In this document: positions 1 to 8,228 of the stretch, one piece after another | Layout: each line of letters opens with the position of its first letter | Numbering within the stretch: the stretch's first letter is position 1 | Assembly (NCBI GenBank): GCA_900549285.1 | Contig: URNW01000004.1 | Coordinates: forward strand, 18,969-82,968 | Origin: an uncultured Mycoplasmatota bacterium | Lineage (GTDB): Bacteria > Bacillota_I > Bacilli_A > RF39 > UBA660 | Length of the DNA stretch: 64,000 nucleotides | Reading direction: 5' to 3' | Notes under the pieces: generated by a model | Database searches by the model: none | Told to the model about the DNA's origin: nothing | The model's input: the letters and a program-made list of their open reading frames with translations, nothing else | Position numbers and translations under genes: made by a program

Positions 1-308
1 ATGATTAATTTTTTCTGTATTGGACTATCCGTATTGTTATATAAAATTTGTAGGTTTGATAAATATAATCCAATATCAACTGGACGATCAGCAATAATTA
101 ACCAAAATTCAAAACTAATAGAATTATAGAAATTTCTTAAATTACCAATTATAGCATTTTGTAAGCCTGGGTCTACTATAAATATGTTACGAGGATGTAC
201 TTTTATTCCTGTAACATATTCGCCACTTTCTAACTCTATCATTCCATTTAATATTTGTTTTATTGGTAACCAATCTTCGGTAAATGGAGAACTAGTTATC
301 TTCGCCAT
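1..308 (-). CDS. VirB4/TraE/TcpF-like T4SS ATPase, N-terminal fragment (gene continues past the left edge)
   Basis: Absent from the ORF track because it is open at the window edge. Minus-strand translation from ATG 308 gives MAKITSSPFTEDWLPIKQILNGMIELESGEYVTGIKVHPRNIFIVDPGLQNAIIGNLRNFYNSISFEFWLIIADRPVDIGLYLSNLQ. This fits the N-terminal pattern of Gram-positive VirB4-family ATPases. It overlaps the end of the PrgI-like ORF by 17 nt. Confidence 0.6.
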   Translation of the reverse strand, partial: MAKITSSPFTEDWLPIKQILNGMIELESGEYVTGIKVHPRNIFIVDPGLQNAIIGNLRNFYNSISFEFWLIIADRPVDIGLYLSNLQILYNNTDSPIQKKLI

Positions 309-600
309 TATGGCACCATCCTTTCCAATAATACTTTCTTCTATCACTAAAATAACTATAAATATTTACTATGAATTGTAAGACATTGTGATAATTTGGT
401 ACAGGCATTACAAGAAAGCCAGTTATTAACGCAGGTGCTAATACTAATAACATAATTCCCATATTAGCACTTTGGATTGTTAACAATAATATTAAAGTAA
501 TACCTACTCCCGAACCAAATAATATTAAGTCTATGGGAGTAAAAAAACCTAATATTAATTGAGATTTTTTAGAATTGGCAGGAATTAAATAATTATTCAC
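292..600 (-). CDS. PrgI/TcpE (VirB3-like) small membrane protein
   Basis: 102 aa. A short polar N-terminus is followed by two TM helices (LILGFFTPIDLILFGSGVGITLILLL and GIMLLVLAPALITGFLVM), then VLQFIVNIYSYFSDRRKYYWKG. This layout is typical of PrgI-family proteins, and the gene sits directly upstream of and overlaps the VirB4-like gene. Confidence 0.5.
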   Translation of the reverse strand: MNNYLIPANSKKSQLILGFFTPIDLILFGSGVGITLILLLTIQSANMGIMLLVLAPALITGFLVMPVPNYHNVLQFIVNIYSYFSDRRKYYWKGWCHNGEDN

Positions 601-664
601 ACTACTACCTCCTAATTTTACTTATTTATTATAACATATTTATTTTTAAAGGGATAGTGGTAAA

Positions 665-691
665 TAAAAAAGAAAGCAAAATTTTGCTCTC
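665..691 (-). terminator. intrinsic terminator after the Rpn-like gene
   Basis: Minus strand reads GAGAGCAAAATTTTGCTTTC, an 8-bp stem with a 4-nt loop, followed by a T run. Confidence 0.55.
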
Positions 692-693
692 TA

Positions 694-1500
694 TCAATTT
701 AAATTTTCTAATTCTTTAATGCTTAATCCTGTTGCTTTACTGATATCTTCTATTGCGATATTTAATTGAAGTAGGTTTTTAGCAGTTTTCATTTTTTCTT
801 CTTCTCTTGCATTTCTTTCTACATCATTAATTTTATCATATACATTTTTTATTTCTTCATCTGCTAGAAACTCTTCCATAAATTGTAATGCCCTTTCCAT
901 TACTTCATCTTCTTTGGCTTCTTCTCTCATTTCTTCTATCTCCTTCCCATTTATTATTTTTAACCATTTGATAAATCTTTTCTCTTCTTCATTATATACC
1001 TTTTCCTTGACTAAATCAAGCCGAATTAAGTACATCTCTAAACATTCATCTTTGATTACTCCATAATTTAATTTATTTACAAATCCATAATTATTAACCA
1101 AATAAAAATTATTATAGTGATAATTTCCTTTCATAAAATTTAACCCAATAGTCTTATGTATTTCTCTATACTTTTCTCCTCTTTCTAATTGACTTGAAAA
1201 TATTCTTGTTAAATATGATACACTTTTATTAAATTCTTCTTTTTGAAATTCTTTATACATCTCAATTGAAATAATCTTTCCTGTATTAGTATAAGCAAGA
1301 ATATCGCCGTAAAAAATCTTATTCTTATATTTTTTACCAAACATTTCTTTTTCTGTACTTGTTTTTAAGCCTCTAATTCTTTCCTCTTTTCCTATATATT
1401 CAAAAAATGAATTTAAGAAATCTTTTAATATTTCTTCTTTACTGAAAATATATTTAAAACATATATCATCAGTTAGTGTAACATTTATCTTAGTATTCAT
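694..1500 (-). CDS. PD-(D/E)XK nuclease family, Rpn-type recombination-promoting nuclease / putative transposase
   Basis: 268 aa. N-terminal LTDDICFKYIFSKEEILKDFLNSF, then YGDILAY...IISIEMYK (D...E.K core), an acidic coiled coil, and a C-terminal AKNLLQLNIAIEDISKATGLSIKELENL HTH-like tail. This is the usual PDDEXK_2/Rpn layout. Confidence 0.7.
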   Translation of the reverse strand: MNTKINVTLTDDICFKYIFSKEEILKDFLNSFFEYIGKEERIRGLKTSTEKEMFGKKYKNKIFYGDILAYTNTGKIISIEMYKEFQKEEFNKSVSYLTRIFSSQLERGEKYREIHKTIGLNFMKGNYHYNNFYLVNNYGFVNKLNYGVIKDECLEMYLIRLDLVKEKVYNEEEKRFIKWLKIINGKEIEEMREEAKEDEVMERALQFMEEFLADEEIKNVYDKINDVERNAREEEKMKTAKNLLQLNIAIEDISKATGLSIKELENLN

Positions 1501-1583
1501 AACAATTCCTCCCTTCCCTAAGAATAAATGTTATCTTATCATACTTCCTTGTCTTATTTTGTCAAACCGTGGAATTACAATTG

Positions 1584-1611
1584 AAAAAAGAAAGCTTATT
1601 TTTCACTTTCT
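1584..1611 (-). terminator. intrinsic terminator after the 188-aa gene
   Basis: Minus-strand stem AGAAAG/CTTTCT with an 11-nt loop, followed by a T run, 20 nt after the stop codon. Confidence 0.45.
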
Positions 1612-1630
1612 TATTTTTTTTGATTTCAAT

Positions 1631-2197
1631 TCATCTTTTTAAACTATCAATCGCTAGACGAGTATTAATTTCAGCTGTTCTTATTTCAATGTTGTCTTTT
1701 AGTACTTTTATTTTTTCACCAGCATTTGAATTTCCAAAGTTATCAATTTTGGAAATACCCGTTCTTTGAATAGCAAGTAAATGAGCATATTCTCTTAGCA
1801 AATTGTTGATAATCTGAATACAACTATGAATATAAGTTAAATAGACATTATCTGTTTCAGTAACTGCAAGAGCAATTATTCTGTTTTTTAATTGTTTTAA
1901 CTTTTCATAATATATTCTGGTTAGTTCTGCACTTTGATAGGCTCTTTCTTCTATTGGTAAACTCTTACTTTTTAATAAAGATTCGCTTATTATTTTTAAT
2001 AAATTAATTGGCATTTTTTCGCCATTATATTCTATTAACAATCTTGTATCTTCGCTTGCAAATTCAGCAATATATTCTTCTAATTTACTATCTATTAATG
2101 AGAACTGATCCTGAAATTTTTGATATGCATTTAATTCTTTTTTGTCATCATTTATACTACTATGTGCCCAATTTTTTAATTTATTCAATCTAAACAT
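1631..2197 (-). CDS. hypothetical coiled-coil protein of the T4SS-like cluster
   Basis: 188 aa with no TM segment, predicted helical. Its start overlaps the stop of the VirB6-like gene (TAATG), which indicates translational coupling. Confidence 0.5.
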   Translation of the reverse strand: MFRLNKLKNWAHSSINDDKKELNAYQKFQDQFSLIDSKLEEYIAEFASEDTRLLIEYNGEKMPINLLKIISESLLKSKSLPIEERAYQSAELTRIYYEKLKQLKNRIIALAVTETDNVYLTYIHSCIQIINNLLREYAHLLAIQRTGISKIDNFGNSNAGEKIKVLKDNIEIRTAEINTRLAIDSLKR

Positions 2198-4368
2198 TAT
2201 TTTTTATCTTTTCCTCCAGAACTAGCTTTTCTTCTCTCTTGTTCCATTTTAATATTTTCTTGAATTTTAGAAGATTGGCTTTCTAAGTAGTCAGAAAGTT
2301 TAGATACATTATCGGTTGTTAAATTTCCATTATATTTTTCTTTAATTTCTGGATCATTTTTAAAGCTCTGAACACTATCTAAGGCTTGATTAGCTACAAA
2401 TTTTTTCTGTACAATTTCATAAGCTGATTCTGTTTGATCTAGTGCAACCATTGCTTCATTTAAAATTCCCTTAGAGGCAGCAGATGAAAATTGAGCGTCA
2501 AATTCAGCAGCTTTAGAACGGTCTATTGATACTGCTGCTAAACCTTTTCCTATTGCTTTTATTTTTTGATTCATTTTACTTTCTAATGCTGCAGCAACTT
2601 TAGCATCTTCCACATCTCCAGAGCTTTTTAAAGTTTGAATCATTGCATCCAATTCACTTAAAGTGGTAGCTTGAGTTATTATAGCACGTGGCACTATTTT
2701 CTTTTCCATTATTGCTTTTCCATTTTCATCTTTTCGTCCGCTATCAACTTCTATTTCTTTTTCACCCAATGCATCATTTTCGCCATATTTAAATAAATAC
2801 TTTTTGTCTCTTACGAAACCTTCTGATGTTGATTTAACCGCTTTGGCATCTTTCACAAACTCATTTACTTGTTCTAGCATTTTTTGCTGTGCTTCAAAAC
2901 TTCCACTAGCCCATCCAATTGCATCATTCTTTTTATTATCAACCCATTGTGAGAGGTAGTTGCCCCAGCCACCTGCTGCTTCTCTCTTAGCGCGAGCTCC
3001 TAATGCGTTTGATGCTGCTGTTCCAGCAGCTTTTGGAATATCTCCAAATTTTTCGGTTTTTGCTCCTTGTCTTAATCCTCTAGCTCCTCCAGATAATCCA
3101 GCTAAAGCACCTCTTCCTAATCTGCGTGCCATTGGTTTATCTTTATCATTTACTACACTTCTAATAGCTGCAGTGGCTCCTCCGCCAAACATTGATGCCA
3201 TAGCACCTATTCCTTTTATTAAAGACTTACCGTATTTTCCACTATCAAGTCCTGTAATATCTTTTAATATTTGGGGTGCTTGTTTTACAAATAATATTAT
3301 ACCAATAATAATAAATACTTGTGCAAATAGATATACTGTAAAACTTGCATTGCCACTTATAAAACCGCCTCCAATTAACAATGTTGGCAAATTTTGAACT
3401 ACTAATTTTATTAATAAAATTGCAAAAAATAGAATGGCTAATCTAATAAAAACTTCCACATAAGTCGATAATGTTGCTTTAATCCAATTATTAAAAACCT
3501 TGTTTCCCTGTTCTCCTGGTATTATTCTTGATAAAATTGGCAATGGTGCAATCAACTGATAAACAGCTAATTTTACAGTTCGTATAGCTACATCAATACA
3601 ATATACCAATAAAACAAAGAATGTAAATGCCCCTGCAACTGTAGATATAATGAAATAGTAAGTTACATTTGACTCATGTGAGATACTATATGCAAAAGAT
3701 GATATACTTAAAAAATTGCCAGTTTCTAAGACTGATTCCCAAATACTGTCAAAATTATTATATCCCCCATTAACATTAACAAAGAAAGATACAACTGATA
3801 TCCATCCAATCGTGTTTTTGGTTGCTATTTCCACATTTGAGCAATCATATGTATAATCATTATTTTGTGTACAAAGATTATAATTTGGGTGTAAAAAAGC
3901 TTGCAAAAGATTTGCTGCAATTGTTATTCCTCCATCTTCTATTGTTTCTTCAGAAGTTTCACCAGTCTTATTAGAAGAAGTTCCCAATATAACTTTCCCT
4001 ATAGTATTTTCTGTCAAAATAGCAGTTTGAAATCTTGTAGCAAAAGAAAATATAGTAGGTACTAGTGCTATTAAAACAATTGATATAATTATATCTTTAA
4101 TAATATTTACTGGACCTTTTTTATTTTTTAAGGCATCATCTGGATTTACCATAGATTTCAAAAGAGAATATGCTACTAAAAAGAGTACTATTACTCCAAT
4201 TATGACATATATTCTATTAACTAAAGCATCAATCTCATAAGAATTATCCAAAATATCTATTTGGCATATCACTAAAATGATTTGATAAACCCAACTTATT
4301 AAAGAATAGATGATTCCATCTAAAAACAGTAAAATTCCTATAAAAAAGTTTGATATATTTTCTATCAT
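2197..4368 (-). CDS. polytopic membrane protein, VirB6/TrbL/TcpH-like, with long Gly/Ala/Lys-rich cytoplasmic tail
   Basis: 723 aa. About 7-8 hydrophobic helices lie in the first ~390 aa, including a large loop. The tail starts GGGATAAIRS...GRGALAGLSGGARGLRQGAK...AAGTAASNALGARAKREAAGGWG and continues as coiled coil. Size and layout resemble the VirB6-type channel proteins of Gram-positive conjugation systems. Confidence 0.45.
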   Translation of the reverse strand: MIENISNFFIGILLFLDGIIYSLISWVYQIILVICQIDILDNSYEIDALVNRIYVIIGVIVLFLVAYSLLKSMVNPDDALKNKKGPVNIIKDIIISIVLIALVPTIFSFATRFQTAILTENTIGKVILGTSSNKTGETSEETIEDGGITIAANLLQAFLHPNYNLCTQNNDYTYDCSNVEIATKNTIGWISVVSFFVNVNGGYNNFDSIWESVLETGNFLSISSFAYSISHESNVTYYFIISTVAGAFTFFVLLVYCIDVAIRTVKLAVYQLIAPLPILSRIIPGEQGNKVFNNWIKATLSTYVEVFIRLAILFFAILLIKLVVQNLPTLLIGGGFISGNASFTVYLFAQVFIIIGIILFVKQAPQILKDITGLDSGKYGKSLIKGIGAMASMFGGGATAAIRSVVNDKDKPMARRLGRGALAGLSGGARGLRQGAKTEKFGDIPKAAGTAASNALGARAKREAAGGWGNYLSQWVDNKKNDAIGWASGSFEAQQKMLEQVNEFVKDAKAVKSTSEGFVRDKKYLFKYGENDALGEKEIEVDSGRKDENGKAIMEKKIVPRAIITQATTLSELDAMIQTLKSSGDVEDAKVAAALESKMNQKIKAIGKGLAAVSIDRSKAAEFDAQFSSAASKGILNEAMVALDQTESAYEIVQKKFVANQALDSVQSFKNDPEIKEKYNGNLTTDNVSKLSDYLESQSSKIQENIKMEQERRKASSGGKDKK

Positions 4369-4393
4369 ATTACATCACCTCTAATCTTATACA

Positions 4394-5551
4394 TTAAACA
4401 TTTGTTCCTAAGCCACATGTTGCATCTGTACTTACAATACCTAATAAGTCAAAAATAAAATTAATTAAATTTGGTAAGAAAAATATTATAACCGCTATAA
4501 TTAAACGCTTAATCATATTCTGAGTTGCCTTTTTTATTGCATCATCTTTATTGGAAGCTACAGCTTTAGCAAAATCTATAATTGTTAAAACCAACAATAT
4601 TACTATTGCAGCGTATTTTAAGAACTGAAAGGCAAAATTTAAATAATATGCTGGATCATTTGAATCATGAATATAACCCAAATAACTATTGCATGAATTT
4701 AAATCTCCAAATTCTAAATTATTTTTAAATTCAACATAGGATGCTTCTAGATCTTCTTTGGTATAGCCCTGATCTTCCGCTTGATCAACTAATTGATTCT
4801 GCTCTAATTTAATTTTATTACACTCTTCGGCATTATAATCCTTTGATTCTTCATTACAATATTTTTCCATTTTATCAGTTGCTTCATTATATTGGTCTTG
4901 AACGTTGCTAGGCTTATTGTCAGTCACATCAACGTTATTGATTAAGGTCCCAGTATAATATTCTAGAGTATATAATTTTCCTGCCGTTCCGTCGTGATTA
5001 ACAGTGTTCCTTTTTGCAAATAATAAATCATATGTTGCTTGACAAGTGTCTACATTATAATCACCATAGTTATTTCCACAAGCATATAAGTCATATGTTG
5101 TTTCTACTTTTTTATTTATAAAACCCGTTTCAACAGTGTACTCCATAATATATATTTTTGATGGACATATTAATGCTTTATCCTCACTTGTTACTACTTC
5201 ATCTTCTTTTTGCATGATTATGGCTTCTGTCCAATATAAATATGGCGATTCCATTCCAGCAATAGGAGTATTCCAATTTACATAATGATCTATTGAATCA
5301 TATTCATAAGAAAAAATTTCTTTTTGAGTATTGTCATTATATAAAGAAAAATAATCAATGTCGCCTAAAGATGGTATCCCCGTTCCAAGTCCAATATAAT
5401 CAACTGCTAAGTAATTTCGCCAGCTTGAGTCACCCGTAGAATGGGAAACAGTGTCTTGATAAATACAGCTTCTTGTAGCCATTTCTGCTGCTTGTACATT
5501 AATGGTTCCAATAGAAAATAATATTATAAAGAGGATCAAATATTTCCTCAT
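4394..5551 (-). CDS. secreted Cys-containing protein with C-terminal pilin-like (VirB2/TrbC-type) two-helix hairpin
   Basis: 385 aa. Signal peptide MRKYLILFIILFSIGTINVQA, a ~280-aa ectodomain with 7 Cys, then FLKYAAIVILLVLTIIDFAKAVASNKDDAIKKATQNMIKRLIIAVIIFFLPNLINFIFDLLG. The C-terminal module is paralogous to that of 5553-6398. Confidence 0.5.
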   Translation of the reverse strand: MRKYLILFIILFSIGTINVQAAEMATRSCIYQDTVSHSTGDSSWRNYLAVDYIGLGTGIPSLGDIDYFSLYNDNTQKEIFSYEYDSIDHYVNWNTPIAGMESPYLYWTEAIIMQKEDEVVTSEDKALICPSKIYIMEYTVETGFINKKVETTYDLYACGNNYGDYNVDTCQATYDLLFAKRNTVNHDGTAGKLYTLEYYTGTLINNVDVTDNKPSNVQDQYNEATDKMEKYCNEESKDYNAEECNKIKLEQNQLVDQAEDQGYTKEDLEASYVEFKNNLEFGDLNSCNSYLGYIHDSNDPAYYLNFAFQFLKYAAIVILLVLTIIDFAKAVASNKDDAIKKATQNMIKRLIIAVIIFFLPNLINFIFDLLGIVSTDATCGLGTNV

Positions 5552-5552
5552 T

Positions 5553-6398
5553 CTAATCCACCAACTTTCTACATGAATCGTCTGTTGGTTCTAACATACA
5601 ATGAGTACATCTAGCAAACGTTCCATTGTTTTTATTATAGATATCATCTCCGCCTATTAAATCTACAACAAAATTTAATAAAGTGGGAATAAAGAAAATA
5701 ATAATTCCTGCTATTATACGCATTACCAAAGTTTTAGCAGATTTTTTTATTTCATCATCTTTATTTGCTAACATTGCTTTACCAAAGTCAATACTTCCAA
5801 AAACTATTAGTATAATTGGAATTAATATTTTTAAAAAATAAAATATCCAGCCTAAAGTTGTAAATACTCCCTCTACTGGTCCACTACAAAAAGTATTTGC
5901 ATCAAATTCTGTTTCATCTTCTGTATTAGTAGGAGTAGATCCTGTTCCTGTTCCACTTGAGCTTTTTAAGCTAAAGGGAGTACATCCTTTATAAAGATAT
6001 GCTCCTGAAATTTCATTTAATGTTGAGCAAATACTATCATCTGCTATTCCATAAACATCTACTTGTGGATATCCTACCATCATAGCTATTTTAATAGATT
6101 TTACTTGATTACAATCTACTTTACCATCTGAATCTAAAAAATCTTGATACTTCAATTTGCTTATATTCTCTTCACTTGCATTAGAAACTGTTCCATTCTT
6201 ATATGTTTTATAACTTACTTGAGTAGCATCTTTAAATCCACATTTTAAATCATCTGTGATACTACATTCATATGTAAATGTTTTTTGACTACCACTTACA
6301 GACATAGTTGTACTGTAGGTACATACTTCTGCTGAGACCGCTTTTAAAGATATAAAACTTATTATAAAGACAAATAACAAATACTTTAAGCTCCTCAT
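5553..6398 (-). CDS. secreted Cys-rich protein with C-terminal pilin-like (VirB2/TrbC-type) two-helix hairpin
   Basis: 281 aa. Signal peptide MRSLKYLLFVFIISFISLKAVSA, an ectodomain with 7 Cys, and a Ser/Gly/Thr linker. Then FLKILIPIILIVFGSIDFGKAMLANKDDEIKKSAKTLVMRIIAGIIIFFIPTLLNFVVDLIGG and a tail with 3 further Cys. Confidence 0.5.
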   Translation of the reverse strand: MRSLKYLLFVFIISFISLKAVSAEVCTYSTTMSVSGSQKTFTYECSITDDLKCGFKDATQVSYKTYKNGTVSNASEENISKLKYQDFLDSDGKVDCNQVKSIKIAMMVGYPQVDVYGIADDSICSTLNEISGAYLYKGCTPFSLKSSSGTGTGSTPTNTEDETEFDANTFCSGPVEGVFTTLGWIFYFLKILIPIILIVFGSIDFGKAMLANKDDEIKKSAKTLVMRIIAGIIIFFIPTLLNFVVDLIGGDDIYNKNNGTFARCTHCMLEPTDDSCRKLVD

Positions 6399-6540
6399 AA
6401 ACTCCTCCTATATGTATATAAAAATATCTATTTAAAATTAATCAATCTAATTATAACATTGTTTGACATAAAAAAAAAGAATTTTATTGCTTAATTCTCA
6501 ATTTAGAGTATATAATATAATAAAGTTTTGAGGTGAATTT

Positions 6541-7914
6541 ATGAAAAAGAAAATTAAAGAATATCAAACAATTCATTTAATTGGTATAGGTGGAGCTAGT
6601 ATGTATGCAATTGCTGCTATGCTTAAAAATGATGGCAAACATGTTACTGGTAGTGATATGCAAGAATCAGAGCATACTAAATATTTAGAAAGTATTGGTA
6701 TTTCCATTACTATTGGACATAATATTGATGTTATTAAAAATGCCGATTTAGTGATTTATACAGCAGCAATTAGTGATGATGATCCTGAGCTTAGTTATGC
6801 AAGAGCAAATCATATTGAAACTGTTGATCGTTCTATTTTTTTAGGAGAATATACGAAAAATTATGAAAATTTAATTTGTATTAGTGGAACTCATGGTAAA
6901 AGTACTACTACTAGTATGCTTGCATCTATTTTTTTAGAAGCTAATTATAATCCAACTATTCATATTGGGGCTTCTTTAAAAAAAATAAAGGGAAATTATT
7001 ATATTGGTAATAAAAAATATTTTATTTTGGAAGCATGTGAATATGTAGATTCTTTTCTTCATTTTCATCCTACAAGTGAAATTATTTTAAATATTGATAA
7101 TGATCATCTTGATTATTTTAAAAATATAGAAAATATAAAAAAATCCTTTCAAAAATATATTAATTTATTACCAAAGAATGGCTTTTTAGTCATAAATAAT
7201 GATGATATTAACATAAAGGATTTAGATATTCATCATAAAAATGTTTTAACTTATGGAATTCAAAATCATGCTAATATCATGGCTAAAAATATTCAATATT
7301 CTAGTTTAGGATTCCCTACTTTTGATGTTTATTACAATGATGAATACTACGATACAATTACTTTAAATGTTCTTGGAAAGCATAATATTATGAATGCCTT
7401 AGCAGTTATCTTAATGAGTATGAATTATCAAATTGATAAAAGCATTATTAAAAAAGCTTTAAAAGAATTTACTGGTGTGGGTAGAAGATTTGAGTATCTT
7501 GGTGAATATAAAAAAGCTCATTTCTTTGATGACTTTGCTCACCATCCAACAGAAATTGCTTCCACATATGAATCTAGTAAAGCGATTAAGCATCATCAAT
7601 CTTGGGCAGTTTTTCAATCTCATACTTATAGTAGAACTTATGAACATTTACAAGAATTTGCAGATATATTAAGTAAATTTGATCATATTATTATTTGCGA
7701 TATTTACCCTGCACGTGAAAAAAATATTTGGAATGTAAAAGAAGAAGATTTGGTTAATTTAATTAAAGAAAAGAATACCCATGTTATACATATTCCTACT
7801 TATGAACAAATTACTCAGTACTTAAAAGAAAATATAGAACCTGATGATTTAGTTATTACAGTTGGAGCTGGTCCTATTAATCAAGTTGCTCAAATGATTT
7901 TAAATAAAAATTAG
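6541..7914 (+). CDS. murC: UDP-N-acetylmuramate--L-alanine ligase
   Basis: 457 aa. Motifs IHLIGIGGASMYAIAAML, ISGTHGKSTTTSM and DDFAHHPTE match the MurC pattern. An SD (GAGGTGA) precedes the ATG. Confidence 0.93.
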   Translation: MKKKIKEYQTIHLIGIGGASMYAIAAMLKNDGKHVTGSDMQESEHTKYLESIGISITIGHNIDVIKNADLVIYTAAISDDDPELSYARANHIETVDRSIFLGEYTKNYENLICISGTHGKSTTTSMLASIFLEANYNPTIHIGASLKKIKGNYYIGNKKYFILEACEYVDSFLHFHPTSEIILNIDNDHLDYFKNIENIKKSFQKYINLLPKNGFLVINNDDINIKDLDIHHKNVLTYGIQNHANIMAKNIQYSSLGFPTFDVYYNDEYYDTITLNVLGKHNIMNALAVILMSMNYQIDKSIIKKALKEFTGVGRRFEYLGEYKKAHFFDDFAHHPTEIASTYESSKAIKHHQSWAVFQSHTYSRTYEHLQEFADILSKFDHIIICDIYPAREKNIWNVKEEDLVNLIKEKNTHVIHIPTYEQITQYLKENIEPDDLVITVGAGPINQVAQMILNKN

Positions 7915-7936
7915 ATATTTTAGTAATAAGAATTTT

Positions 7937-7957
7937 GAACCATTTAGGTTCTTTTTT
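7937..7957 (+). terminator. murC intrinsic terminator
   Basis: GAACC-ATTTA-GGTTC followed by TTTTTT. Confidence 0.6.
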
Positions 7958-8228
7958 ATTAGCAATATGTACTTTGATTTTGAACTTTCATCACATAATA
8001 TAAAATTTTAGCTATGGATTTAATTTCTCATTTAAATTATCTGCTGTTATTTTCTTCATCTAGTTCGTTTGACTATCTATTATTAATTAAAAAAAGAAAC
8101 TTATTTTCTATCTCTAAGTTCCTCTATTTCTTCAACATATTTCTTAACCCATTATTAAGATTTCATCTCTTTTAGCTATCTTTTTTCTTTCTTCATAGCT
8201 TTTTGTCGTGATAAATCTGATCTATAAA

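Noticed and set aside
184-381. A 65-aa plus-strand ORF at the left end.
   Set aside because: It lies fully antisense to the overlapping VirB4-like and PrgI-like coding frames, has low-complexity hydrophobic content, and has no SD.
2960-3397. A 145-aa plus-strand ORF rich in Pro/Ala, sitting in a locally GC-richer patch.
   Set aside because: It is the antisense shadow of the Gly/Ala/Arg-rich tail of the VirB6-like gene (GGx/GCx codons read as xCC/xGC). It has no SD, and the minus-strand frame is continuous and coherent.
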